Shown one piece after another: positions 8,024 to 17,374 of a stretch of DNA of 48,242 nucleotides (the first letter of the stretch is position 1; the number at the start of each line of letters is the position of its first letter). The translations under genes and the position numbers were made by a program. The stretch is from IMG/VR virus record IMGVR_UViG_3300045988_148808, positions 1 to 48,242 of that record. One strand, given 5' to 3'. This DNA comes from a virus. The notes beneath the pieces are model-generated. The model was not told the DNA's origin. It saw only the letters and a list, made by a program, of their open reading frames with translations, and ran no database searches.

Positions 8024-8112
8024 GTTGCATCGCATAAAACAAAACCCCTGAACGTGGGCGGGTTAGTAAAAGTGATTGAAGCGCTTGAAAAGTGCCGCGC
8101 AGCAAGGCGGTT

Positions 8113-8205
8113 ATGCTGGGGTGTTCTGTGTGCGGTATTCGTTGTATATGCTCTTCATGCTATTGCCGCCATCATAAATTCGGTCTCAAGCATTTGTTGA
8201 AATGA
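8113..8205 (+). CDS. 30-aa Cys-rich peptide, stop overlaps the methylase start
   Basis: MLGCSVCGIRCICSSCYCRHHKFGLKHLLK. AAGG lies 5 nt upstream. Its TGA overlaps the ATG of 8202 (ATGA), and the methylase has no SD of its own. Confidence 0.3.
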   Translation: MLGCSVCGIRCICSSCYCRHHKFGLKHLLK

Positions 8206-9338
8206 GATACGGACTCCCCTACAAGGGCAGCAAAAACAAAATCGCCGAATGGGTTGTAAGCATTCTGCCTCATGGCGGAACATTGTGCGATCTGTTTTGT
8301 GGCGGATGTGCCGTGACACACGCGGCAATGGTTTCCGGCAAATACGACCGGTTCATCATCAACGATATCGATCCAGTTCTTCCCGGAGCGTTCGTCAAGG
8401 CGATATCCGGAGGGTTCGCCGATGAGAAGCGCGTCATCGACCGTGAAACGTTCGACCGACTCAAGGATGCAGACCCCTATGTCGCGCTGTGCTGGTCGTT
8501 CGGAAATGGTGCAAAAAACTATCTCTGGAATGACGAAATCGCAGGGGTGAAACTGCTGGCGTGCAAAATGATCATGGCGGACACATGGCAAGAACGCAGG
8601 CGATACTATCGGCAATTCATTCTGTGTTTACAGCAAAAACGGGAAGAGCTTGAAGAAAGAAAAGCCCGCCAGGCTGATTACATCAGGGAGCATGGGGAGA
8701 CGGAAGACTATCTGCGCAATGAATTGAGAAATGCCCTGAAAACATCCGGGAGGACGGCTGCCGACGTTGATCGTCATCTCGGGACGAAAGGCATGGCCGG
8801 CCACTACTTCGGGAAATCACAATGGGCGTTCCCGACAAGAGCGGCATACGAGAAAATGCGAGAAATCCTTCCACTGCCGGAATATGACTATTACAGTCAA
8901 GGCCTGAAAAGTCTGGAAAGACTGAAAAATCTGCAAAAAGTAGAAAGTCTGGAAAGAATACAAGATCTGGAGAGTCTGGAGCGACTGGAAAGATTTCAAA
9001 AGCTACAAGGAGTAGAACCCATTCCAGAAGTACGAACGGGAGATTATCGGGATATTGCCCTTCCGGATGACGCCGTGATTTATTGCGATATCCCTTATCA
9101 TGGGACAGACGAATACAAGAGCGCCTTCGATCACGAGGCGTTTTACGATTGGGCGGAAAGCCGGAAACAGCCGGTATTCATTTCCGAGTATGTGATGCCG
9201 CAAGACCGGTTCAGATGCATTGCCGAACGCAGGAAAACATCCAGTTTTTCCGGTTCGAGCAATTCGACGAAAACGATAGAAAAGATTTTCATCCCGATCC
9301 ATCAGCCATACAGCCCGCCAGCAAGCGGGCTTTTTTAA
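8202..9338 (+). CDS. DNA N6-adenine methyltransferase (D12/Dam class) with a repeat-containing insertion
   Basis: N-terminal YKGSKNKIAEWVVSILP...LCDLFCGGCAV and a catalytic-type CDIPYHGT (DPPY-like) motif. Confidence 0.85.
   Translation: MRYGLPYKGSKNKIAEWVVSILPHGGTLCDLFCGGCAVTHAAMVSGKYDRFIINDIDPVLPGAFVKAISGGFADEKRVIDRETFDRLKDADPYVALCWSFGNGAKNYLWNDEIAGVKLLACKMIMADTWQERRRYYRQFILCLQQKREELEERKARQADYIREHGETEDYLRNELRNALKTSGRTAADVDRHLGTKGMAGHYFGKSQWAFPTRAAYEKMREILPLPEYDYYSQGLKSLERLKNLQKVESLERIQDLESLERLERFQKLQGVEPIPEVRTGDYRDIALPDDAVIYCDIPYHGTDEYKSAFDHEAFYDWAESRKQPVFISEYVMPQDRFRCIAERRKTSSFSGSSNSTKTIEKIFIPIHQPYSPPASGLF
8901..9011. repeat. imperfect tandem repeats coding (K/E)SLERL heptad-like units inside the methylase
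   Basis: AGTCTGGAAAGA at 8910 and 8946, AGTCTGGAGCGA at 8973. Protein: GLKSLERLKNLQKVESLERIQDLESLERLERFQKLQG. Confidence 0.7.
9313..9336 (+). terminator. Rho-independent terminator in the methylase 3' end
   Basis: GCCCGC-cagcaa-GCGGGC followed by T6. Confidence 0.65.
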
Positions 9339-9343
9339 TGACG

Positions 9344-9742
9344 TCAACGTGCCATTTTCTCGATAGCCGAATCCGCCAGAAAAGCAGAGCGGCTTCGGAT
9401 ATTATGTGTTTGCAGGTAAGCATCAATAGATGCCAACAGACTGGATGGAAGCGTGATAGTCAGCCTTTCTGTTTTTCCAAGATATGGAGTGATGTCGATA
9501 TCCACCAGCCCCACGTGGAAGCCTTTGTATTCCGGATTTTTGACAATATCCTCGACTTTAGAAGGAGTTGGTATTTTCCGGTCATTTCTGGCCATGTTAT
9601 CCAGCTCAATTTTTGCAGCTTCCACGGCAACGGCATAGCAGTCTTCAAACGTATCGGCTGCCGTGAATACGTCCAGATCGGGTATTCGGACATCACAGGC
9701 TGTTTTTTCGTCGCCCAATTCGATAACGATAGGATATTTCAT
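9344..9742 (-). CDS. hicB: HicB-family antitoxin
   Basis: Likely start MKYPIVIELGDEK... Typical HicB N-domain plus a C-terminal RHH-like TITLPSSLLASIDAY...RSAFLADSA. Confidence 0.85.
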   Translation of the reverse strand: MKYPIVIELGDEKTACDVRIPDLDVFTAADTFEDCYAVAVEAAKIELDNMARNDRKIPTPSKVEDIVKNPEYKGFHVGLVDIDITPYLGKTERLTITLPSSLLASIDAYLQTHNIRSRSAFLADSAIEKMAR

Positions 9743-9805
9743 GATATCTCCTGTTTGTTTCACGGTTTGACAAGGCATGAATGATGAGGAAAACCTCATC
9801 ATTTA

Positions 9806-9985
9806 TTAAAGACCGGCTTTCTTTAGCAATCCTTTGACAGTACCGAGTTTCAAATCTTTTCTAGGGTGAGGCACAGCAAGATTGTTAGGATTGCCCGCTT
9901 TCGTAAAAATATGATGACTGCCATCTATTCTTACGAGTTTCCAACCATTATCGGTTAGCAACTTGATCAGTTTTTTACTGTTCAT
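9806..9985 (-). CDS. hicA: HicA toxin (59 aa; below the ORF-track cutoff)
   Basis: Own translation: MNSKKLIKLLTDNGWKLVRIDGSHHIFTKAGNPNNLAVPHPRKDLKLGTVKGLLKKAGL, the canonical HicA. Confidence 0.9.
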   Translation of the reverse strand: MNSKKLIKLLTDNGWKLVRIDGSHHIFTKAGNPNNLAVPHPRKDLKLGTVKGLLKKAGL

Positions 9986-10058
9986 GCCTTGTTTCCATTT
10001 CTCTATGACATGTAATTATTATACATAAATATGTATTAAAATGCAAGAGTAAAATAGT

Positions 10059-10430
10059 ATGTCAAAAGAAGATTTAAAACCCGTTCGAAGCAAAGACGAA
10101 GCAAAGGAAAGAGGCAAAAAAGGCGGCATTGCTTCCGGTGAAGCAAGGCGTAGGAAAAAGACAATCCGTGAAACGCTGGAAATGATGCTGGCCGGCCAAA
10201 TGCCGGATGGAGCGACAAGACGGGATGCTATTGTGACAGCACTCCTTGAAAAAGCGTTGTCCGGCGATGTACGCGCATTTGAGGCAATCCGGGACAGTGT
10301 CGGCGAAAAGCCAACAGAAAAAATGAACGTATCCACAGCAGGCGGTGTGGTGTTCCCGACAAGCATTTTATTGGTGGCAGGTGAGCCAGGCAAAAATACA
10401 GATACCCCCGAAGCTGATAGCGGTGTTTGA
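10059..10430 (+). CDS. putative terminase small subunit
   Basis: Lies directly upstream of and overlapping TerL. Basic N-terminus ...GKKGGIASGEARRRKKTIRETLE...GDVRAFEAIRDSVGEKP. Called by position and pattern. Confidence 0.5.
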   Translation: MSKEDLKPVRSKDEAKERGKKGGIASGEARRRKKTIRETLEMMLAGQMPDGATRRDAIVTALLEKALSGDVRAFEAIRDSVGEKPTEKMNVSTAGGVVFPTSILLVAGEPGKNTDTPEADSGV

Positions 10431-11604
10431 CGGGCCAGCTCGATACCGTGGCGCACATGGTGGGCGAGGAAGTGCAAAGACCATGACTTTCGCCAAGATG
10501 AGCGCCATTCGCGGATACATGTTCGGTCAGCAGCTTCAAAGCGGCATCATCCTGTGTGGGCGCGAGTTCATGAATTCCCTTGAGGATTCCTCAATGGAAG
10601 AAGTGAAACAGGCGATTCGTTCAGAGCCGTTTCTGAATGCGTATTACGATATCGGCGAAAAATACATCCGTTCCGTCAACGGCCTGATCGAATACAAGTT
10701 TGTTGGTCTTCGCAACAATCTGGACAGTGTGAAGTCGAAAGCTCGCATTCTTATAGCGTGGGTGGACGAAGCGGAAAACGTCTCCGAATCTGCATGGTTG
10801 AAGCTGATCCCTACGGTCAGAACGGAAGGCTCTGAAATCTGGGTGACGTGGAACCCCGAGAAAAAGGGAAGTCCTACCGATCTGAGATTCCGGCAGAACA
10901 AAATGCCGGATGCACGGATTGCCGAAATGAACTATATGGACAATCCATGGTTTCCGTCCGTGCTGGAAAAAGAACGCCAGAACGACCTGAAGCGTCTGGA
11001 CGATGCGACTTACCGCTGGATATGGGAAGGGGCCTACCGTGAAAACTCTGCCGCACAAATCTTTGCTGGCAAATACGAAATACATGATTTTGTTGCAGCG
11101 TCGAACTGGAACGGCCCGTATCAGGGAATAGACTTCGGTTTTTCAAAAGACCCGACGGCGGCGATTCGGTGCTGGATACATAACGAATGCCTGTGGATTG
11201 AACATGAGGCCTTCAAGGTAGGGTTAGAGCTTGATCAGACGACAGATTTCATTGCCGCACGCATTCCACGTTTCAGTCAGTACGTTACGCGAGCAGATTC
11301 TGCACGACCGGAATCCATTTCTTACTTGAAGCGTCATGGATTGCCCAGAATTTCTCCAGCAGAAAAGGGCAGGGGTTCTGTAGAAGATGGGATATCGTTC
11401 ATCAAATCTTTCAGGAAAATATACATCCACCCACGATGCAAAGAAGTCATCAATGAATTCCGGTCTTACAGTTACAAGATCGACCGTCTTTCTGGGGATG
11501 TGCTTCCGGATGTTGTGGATGCATTCAACCATGGAATTGATGCCCTGCGTTATAGCCTTGAACCCGTCATGAAAAACAGGCGACCTTTCAACATAAAACT
11601 CTGA
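10381..11604 (+). CDS. terL: terminase large subunit (PBSX/Terminase_3-like)
   Basis: ...PARYRGAHGGRGSAKT (Walker A), ...LIAWVDEAE (Walker B-like). Start uncertain: GTG 10381 preferred, track gives 10345. Confidence 0.85.
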   Translation: MSQAKIQIPPKLIAVFDGPARYRGAHGGRGSAKTMTFAKMSAIRGYMFGQQLQSGIILCGREFMNSLEDSSMEEVKQAIRSEPFLNAYYDIGEKYIRSVNGLIEYKFVGLRNNLDSVKSKARILIAWVDEAENVSESAWLKLIPTVRTEGSEIWVTWNPEKKGSPTDLRFRQNKMPDARIAEMNYMDNPWFPSVLEKERQNDLKRLDDATYRWIWEGAYRENSAAQIFAGKYEIHDFVAASNWNGPYQGIDFGFSKDPTAAIRCWIHNECLWIEHEAFKVGLELDQTTDFIAARIPRFSQYVTRADSARPESISYLKRHGLPRISPAEKGRGSVEDGISFIKSFRKIYIHPRCKEVINEFRSYSYKIDRLSGDVLPDVVDAFNHGIDALRYSLEPVMKNRRPFNIKL

Positions 11605-13067
11605 TGCGAAAAACGTTGAAAAAACCTTCCTATCGGCCCTTAAACATTTCGAATTATCTGTTTGAAGACGACAGCATTGACGGAATCATCGACTGGCGCG
11701 AAAAACTGAAACCGGCGGAAACCCTCGGGAAACCCGATAAAGATGCACAAATGGCAAACGACGAAGCCTGTGCTTACGCGTGGGGGCTATTGTCTCACTC
11801 GCTGGAACTCGGCCAAATGCCAACGACCGCATCGTTTCTGGGCTATCCGGCATTGCAGGACATCGCCCAGAACGGACTGATACGCGCATGCGTTGAAACG
11901 GTTGCGGACGACATGACCCGCGATTTCGGAAAAATCAAGAGCGAAGAACCTGACAAGGCGGAGATTGTTGTTGCGATGAACAACGCGCTTGAGCAATTCC
12001 ACATCCGGGATGTCTTGCATGAGGTTGCAGAAAAAGTTGGCTATTTCGGCGGGTGTCTGGTTTACATAGATACAGGCGCAAATGATGCGGAATTGCAAAC
12101 CCCGCTCAACATGGGCGAATACAGCAATGAATTGCGCAATCTCAAAGCATTCCGGGTAATTGACCCTATCAATGTGTATCCGGGAGCCTACAACAGTGCG
12201 GAACCTTTGAAAGCGGATTTTTTCAGGCCGGATCACTGGTATGTCATGGGCAAGCGCGTCCACGCATCAAGGCTGATTCGCTTTGTTGCCAACGAAGTGC
12301 CACAGCTATTGAAGCCGGTTTACAACTTCTTCGGTATCGCACAAGCCCAACTGCTTTGGGACTATGTGATGCATTTTTCGGAGTGCCGTGTCGCCACCGC
12401 GAACATCGCCAAGAAATACAGCATGACCGTTTTCAAGACGAACATGTCTGCCACGCTGATGGACGGCGCCGGAACGGACCAGATCAACAATCGTATCCGG
12501 TTGATCGCCCGTTATCAGGACAACAACAGCATAACGGCGATAGATAAGGACAACGAAGACATCGTCAAGATCGAAACGCCGATTGGCGGGTTGACTGATA
12601 TCACCAAACAGGGACTTGAGTTTCTTGCAGCGCTCAATCGCACACCTGCCGTTAAATTGCTGGGTATATCCCCTTCCGGCTTCAATGCCACAGGGGAAAG
12701 CGATCTGCGGAATTACAACGACCATATTTCCAGTCAGCAGGAAAAAGTTTTCGGACACGGTCTGAAAACCATCATCGATTGCATCCATGTTTTTCTTTTC
12801 GGAAAAACAAACAAGGGGCTGATATTCGAATGGGCAGAGCTCGGCGAAGAAGATCAGGCCGCCATGGCGAACACCCAGAAAGTAAAAGCCGACACGATGG
12901 CGGTTTTGTTGGATCGAAGCGTTATCAGCCCGGAAGAAGCGCGTCAGGCTGTCGCATCCGATCCTGACAACCCACTGTCATTTATTGACCCCGCGGACGT
13001 CCCTGAAGGCGAGCCTGTGGATTTCGGCGATCTGGATGACGCGGACAAAGCCGGTGAAATCTACTGA
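11604..13067 (+). CDS. portal protein (DUF1073-type)
   Basis: 487 aa, immediately after TerL with a start/stop overlap. Sequence pattern recalls DUF1073 portals. Confidence 0.8.
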   Translation: MRKTLKKPSYRPLNISNYLFEDDSIDGIIDWREKLKPAETLGKPDKDAQMANDEACAYAWGLLSHSLELGQMPTTASFLGYPALQDIAQNGLIRACVETVADDMTRDFGKIKSEEPDKAEIVVAMNNALEQFHIRDVLHEVAEKVGYFGGCLVYIDTGANDAELQTPLNMGEYSNELRNLKAFRVIDPINVYPGAYNSAEPLKADFFRPDHWYVMGKRVHASRLIRFVANEVPQLLKPVYNFFGIAQAQLLWDYVMHFSECRVATANIAKKYSMTVFKTNMSATLMDGAGTDQINNRIRLIARYQDNNSITAIDKDNEDIVKIETPIGGLTDITKQGLEFLAALNRTPAVKLLGISPSGFNATGESDLRNYNDHISSQQEKVFGHGLKTIIDCIHVFLFGKTNKGLIFEWAELGEEDQAAMANTQKVKADTMAVLLDRSVISPEEARQAVASDPDNPLSFIDPADVPEGEPVDFGDLDDADKAGEIY

Positions 13068-13849
13068 TGAAAAAAAAGAAGCGAGCGAAGGTCTTGCGTC
13101 CCATACTGCCGAATGCGGGAAACAGGGCGTGGTACCGCAAGAAAATCCTCACATTGAACGAGGAGATGCAACGGTCGGTATCGTGGTGGCTCATGTCGGA
13201 ATTACGCAAGAACGGCAGCGCGGCAGACTTGAATCGCACGATGGAAGAGCTGACACGACGCTGGCAAGACCGATATGAGGAAGAAGCCGCAAGCATCGCC
13301 GAAGCGTTTGTAAAACGCGTCAATACCAGCACAGTGAAGTCCATGGAACAGGCCTTCGTTTCCGTTGGATTTGATATCAAATTGCGAAACACACGCGAGG
13401 TGAACAATATCCTCAATTCGTTGCGATATACCCAGGTTGACCTGATCCGCAGCATTCCAGCACGAGAACTGGATGCAGTATCTGGCATCGTGCAACGCGG
13501 AGTGCAAGCAGGTAGAGACATCGCCTATATACAGGACGAACTGAAAAAACGCTTTGCCGTAACGAACAACAGAGCACGAACCATCGCCATAGACCAGAGC
13601 AACAAGGCGACACAGGCTATCCGTGAGGCACACGATCTGGCGGCCGGCATTACCGAGGGAATTTGGGATCACGTGCCGGGACGCAAGACATCACGACCGA
13701 CCCACGTTGCCATGAACGGAAAACGTTTCAAGCTGTATGGGCCTGACAGGGGGCTGTACGACAGTGCGGTAGGAAGAACAGTCATGCCCGGGGAATTGAT
13801 TTTGTGCGCCTGTGGATATAGAGCGGTGCTTCCTGAATTTTTCAGGTGA
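13067..13849 (+). CDS. head morphogenesis protein (MuF / SPP1 gp7 family)
   Basis: ...[20 protein letters not shown]...[22 protein letters not shown] is a MuF-type motif. Sits after the portal. Confidence 0.85.
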   Translation: MKKKKRAKVLRPILPNAGNRAWYRKKILTLNEEMQRSVSWWLMSELRKNGSAADLNRTMEELTRRWQDRYEEEAASIAEAFVKRVNTSTVKSMEQAFVSVGFDIKLRNTREVNNILNSLRYTQVDLIRSIPARELDAVSGIVQRGVQAGRDIAYIQDELKKRFAVTNNRARTIAIDQSNKATQAIREAHDLAAGITEGIWDHVPGRKTSRPTHVAMNGKRFKLYGPDRGLYDSAVGRTVMPGELILCACGYRAVLPEFFR

Positions 13850-14397
13850 TAAACATGATTATTCAAGACGCGGACAAGTGGATTACAGTAAAGCCGAATG
13901 GGGCGGAAAACAAAGGAGCGCACGTCAAGATCGACGGGGAGACCGGCGAGGTGAAAGCCGGAATGGGCGGAAAGTTCACAGGGCAGCGCATTTCTGAAGT
14001 TCGCAAAGACTTTACAGGTCCCAAAACACCAAGGGGGTTTCAAAGGCAAAAACCTGATCACAAGACGTACCAACAAAATCGAACGGCAGAAAGCGGAATA
14101 AAACGAGATGATCAGGGGCGTCCTGTTGCGCCGAAACGCCCTGTCCTCGTGTCAAACGGATACTGGAACGGCAAGTTCTATTCGAACAACAGGGTTTTCG
14201 TTGACGGCAAGCAAGTCAAATTGACGAATGAAGAAGCAGAGGCTCTCAAGAAATGGCAGAAGGAATACGCCCGATTCAAGGAAGAGCGGAAAGAGGACAC
14301 GAAAATCGCGCCGAAAGCCTATCTGAACGTCAAATATGAGGACAGGAACGCGGCGAAGCAAGCCGGCGCCAAATGGGATCCTGATGCTAAAAAATAG
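13846..14397 (+). CDS. protein with a polyvalent-protein-style linker motif and a DUF5710-like C-terminus cut by TAG
   Basis: [35 protein letters not shown]...; C-terminus [28 protein letters not shown]. Same frame as 14422..16464. Confidence 0.6.
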   Translation: MINMIIQDADKWITVKPNGAENKGAHVKIDGETGEVKAGMGGKFTGQRISEVRKDFTGPKTPRGFQRQKPDHKTYQQNRTAESGIKRDDQGRPVAPKRPVLVSNGYWNGKFYSNNRVFVDGKQVKLTNEEAEALKKWQKEYARFKEERKEDTKIAPKAYLNVKYEDRNAAKQAGAKWDPDAKK

Positions 14398-14421
14398 TTT
14401 TGGGACAAGCGAAGCGGCGAA

Positions 14422-16464
14422 ATGCCTGAAGCATTGAACCGGTTCTATGGAATACCTCAATCAGCGCCAAAAGCAGAAAGAGTCATTACACAGAAAACAG
14501 AAACAGCGAAACCATCATCCATGACTGACCGCGAACTCGCCGCACAAGCCAAACGATATGACAACACGTTCAACGAAGGTGGTGAAGGATACAACCCGTA
14601 TCGTGTTGAACAAGAAAAGAGAAGCTGGGGTGCGTTACGGCGTTCCAGTACAGAAAGTGCCTTGAAGTCTTTTCCTGAAATGTATCTGGACAATCTTCCG
14701 GGAGCGCGTCAGTTTAATGAAGCGATGAAGCAAGGGAATATCGCTAAAGCGGATGAAGTGCTTGCCTCCAATCCGGCTCTTGCGAATTACGCCAAATGGT
14801 CGAGCGCTGGAGCAGAAACGGCTTACGGCATGAATCAGCGTAATGCCGCCAGAATGCTTAGAAACGGGAGCAGCTATGAAGAAGCAAGGCAGATTGCCGA
14901 GAAATCCGCCTATAACTGGGACAATTCCATGGGAACAACATTGACCTTTGATGCGGCGAGCAAGCGTCGCTTTGATGAAAACGGCTTCATGCACGTTGAA
15001 TCAAGCCATATCACCAAAGAGCAAGTGGTACCGTATCGCGGGCGAGAAATACCAGGCTGGCAAGAGCGTGGTCTCGATCCGGACAAGATTTATTTCGGTT
15101 ACCGACCGTCGGAAGAACTGCAAAAAGCGGTGGACACCTTCAACGGCTTGCCGATCATGCTGATGCATCACACGGTATCCGCCGACGATCCGAAGAAGGA
15201 GTATCAGGTCGGTTCCATGGCGACAAACGCGGTTTGGAACGCGCCATACGTCGACAACGGAATGATTTTTACGGATTCTGTTGGCATTGAGGCCGTCAAA
15301 AACGGTACGTGCAGGGAAATCAGCTGCGCATATCAGTATGACCCGGATTTCACGCCGGGTGTTTTCGATGATACGCCGTATGACTTCGTGATGCGGAATA
15401 TCAGGGGCAATCATGTTGCCATCGTGGAAGAGGGACGTGCAGGCCCGGATGTGGTCGTGGCAGATTCTTCCGAAAACTTGAAACCAAAAGGAGTAAAACA
15501 GCTTATGAGTATTCTCAAAGACTTCTTCCGCGGTGCACAAGACAGTGACCCGGGCATCGAAGCCGCGGAAGTCAATGCAGCACAAACCATTTTGGATTTG
15601 CACAAACGCGATCCCATTACCGGGGAAATTGTGGACATTACGACAGACGAGGATAAAAACGCCAAGATTCAGGAATTGATCAACCAATTTTCCGAAGTGC
15701 TGTCTCCGGAAGATTTGAAGAAATTTGAAGATAGCCTTACCGATCTCGCTTATTCCAAAGCAACTGGTGAAAGCGAAATTGCCCGGAAAATGGACGGGGA
15801 AGATGACGGGCTGAACACCGCCGAGGCCTACGCTTATGGCGAAAAGAAAGAACGCGAGCGCGAAGAACGGGAGGAAATGCGCGGTGGCAGGGATGCGACT
15901 CCCTTGAATACAGCGGAAGCTGTGGCCGCAGGTGAACGTCACGAGCGAGAAAAACTCATGCGCGAACACATGCGCGAACGGGCAGAAGATGCCTTGAAAA
16001 AATGCGGCATGGATGCCGAGCCGGATGCCGTGAAAGAAGCTTTCGCCAAAGGGTTCGCTTGGGGAATGCATGATGGCGAAAAGGACATGCGCAATCGCGC
16101 CGAACGCGAAAAACTGGATCGGGAACATGAACGGGAAGCGATGGAAAAACGCTATGCGGCGGATTCCGCAGCCCTGATAAAGAAAGTCGAACGATCCATT
16201 GCGGCCAAATTCGAGGCGGCAAGAGAGGTGGAAACCGCTATTGGAGCAGTTCGCCCGCTGGCCTTCGATAGTGCCGACGCTATTTATGGTTACGCACTTG
16301 CACAGATGGGACGATCAGGCGTCAACAAAGCGGCGGCTCGCGAAGTGTTCCGAGCCATTGTGGACACGCACAGACAAACGATGGCAATGGACGCAACCCC
16401 CTATCAGGACCGGAAATATACCGGAGAGTTCGCGGGATTGAAAAATCTTAAAATCGAAAGGTAA
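14422..16464 (+). CDS. prohead protease/scaffold protein (DUF2213-type core, E/R-rich coiled-coil C-terminus)
   Basis: ...RRFDENGFMHVESSHITKEQVVPYRGREI...GNHVAIVEEGRAGPDVVVADS matches the DUF2213 pattern. No SD in front of ATG 14422. Confidence 0.7.
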   Translation: MPEALNRFYGIPQSAPKAERVITQKTETAKPSSMTDRELAAQAKRYDNTFNEGGEGYNPYRVEQEKRSWGALRRSSTESALKSFPEMYLDNLPGARQFNEAMKQGNIAKADEVLASNPALANYAKWSSAGAETAYGMNQRNAARMLRNGSSYEEARQIAEKSAYNWDNSMGTTLTFDAASKRRFDENGFMHVESSHITKEQVVPYRGREIPGWQERGLDPDKIYFGYRPSEELQKAVDTFNGLPIMLMHHTVSADDPKKEYQVGSMATNAVWNAPYVDNGMIFTDSVGIEAVKNGTCREISCAYQYDPDFTPGVFDDTPYDFVMRNIRGNHVAIVEEGRAGPDVVVADSSENLKPKGVKQLMSILKDFFRGAQDSDPGIEAAEVNAAQTILDLHKRDPITGEIVDITTDEDKNAKIQELINQFSEVLSPEDLKKFEDSLTDLAYSKATGESEIARKMDGEDDGLNTAEAYAYGEKKEREREEREEMRGGRDATPLNTAEAVAAGERHEREKLMREHMRERAEDALKKCGMDAEPDAVKEAFAKGFAWGMHDGEKDMRNRAEREKLDREHEREAMEKRYAADSAALIKKVERSIAAKFEAAREVETAIGAVRPLAFDSADAIYGYALAQMGRSGVNKAAAREVFRAIVDTHRQTMAMDATPYQDRKYTGEFAGLKNLKIER

Positions 16465-16467
16465 AAC

Positions 16468-17319
16468 ATGGCATTGCAATCATACGTAAACAAGGATTAC
16501 GCTCTGGGCGTGCCGGGTGATATGGTCAACCCCGGTGAAGGACAAAATGTATTTACTCCGGTCAATCCCATAGCAGACGGAGACGTCAATGTCGGTTCAT
16601 TCGTCTTTCCAGGCGCAGATCCCTATACGATGGCCTCAAACAGTGCGACGGTCGATACGTCCGGAAGTGACACTTATGCCGTTGCAGCAACCCCTTCATC
16701 CGGTGATCCTGTGACAGGAAACGTTACCGTCGCCAATGACGGACTGGATGTTTCGTTGCAATCAACCGTCGGGGCGATTAACAAAACGGACAGCACCAAT
16801 ACCTCCGCGAACGGGACACTGACGATTCCGGTCGGTGCGGATTTCAAAGGAACCGTTACATTGGGAGGGAAAACCATCGCGACAGTGACGAGCGGATCTG
16901 TATCCCCCGGAAGCGATCTGACGGCAACCGGCACGAACAGCACGGTGACGGTTTCCAAGACGGAATATTCGGGAACGGATATCGTTATCACATTCTCGGT
17001 TGCCTGGACCGCTCAGGGAACGGGTACGGCCGTCATGGGCTTTGTCGTCCGTGTCCAGATGTATCCGAATTATCTTCTCAATTCGCCGGGCACCTTGACT
17101 GTACCGAGTGGCAGCGCCTTGTCGGTTGCGGTAAGAGGCGATTTTTATGCCATCTCCAAAACAGAGGCTACCATCGGACAGAAAGTATTTGCGAGCACGA
17201 CAGACGGATCCATCAGTACAGGTGCGGCAAGCGGTTCCGTACCGGGTAGCGTCGAGACCGATTTCACAGTGAAACGTGGCGGAGCGGCCGGCGAATTGAT
17301 CGTGATCGGCAATCAGTAA
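16468..17319 (+). CDS. putative capsid decoration/cement protein with a T/S/G-rich insertion
   Basis: Lies between scaffold and major capsid. Termini resemble small decoration proteins; the middle is repetitive T/S/G-rich. Confidence 0.45.
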   Translation: MALQSYVNKDYALGVPGDMVNPGEGQNVFTPVNPIADGDVNVGSFVFPGADPYTMASNSATVDTSGSDTYAVAATPSSGDPVTGNVTVANDGLDVSLQSTVGAINKTDSTNTSANGTLTIPVGADFKGTVTLGGKTIATVTSGSVSPGSDLTATGTNSTVTVSKTEYSGTDIVITFSVAWTAQGTGTAVMGFVVRVQMYPNYLLNSPGTLTVPSGSALSVAVRGDFYAISKTEATIGQKVFASTTDGSISTGAASGSVPGSVETDFTVKRGGAAGELIVIGNQ

Positions 17320-17335
17320 CAGGACAGAAACCACC

Positions 17336-17362
17336 AGCCCCCTTGAACAGGGGGCTTTTTTT
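17336..17362 (+). terminator. Rho-independent terminator
   Basis: AGCCCCCT-tgaac-AGGGGGCT followed by T7. Confidence 0.8.
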
Positions 17363-17374
17363 ATGGGTGAATAA

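Noticed and set aside
14395-14397. Stop-codon reassignment (TAG or TAA read as sense) as the explanation for the in-frame stops in cI and the DUF5710/scaffold region
   Set aside because: TAA and TGA terminate most well-supported genes. TAG also ends 2951..3310 and the lipoprotein gene at sensible places. No suppressor tRNA gene is present. Only one TAG and one TAA are internal.
15001-16128. 375-aa minus-strand ORF opposite the protease/scaffold gene
   Set aside because: It is the complement of an E/R/K-rich coiled-coil coding region, so its translation is F/L/S-rich. No start context or motif is present. This is a classic shadow ORF.
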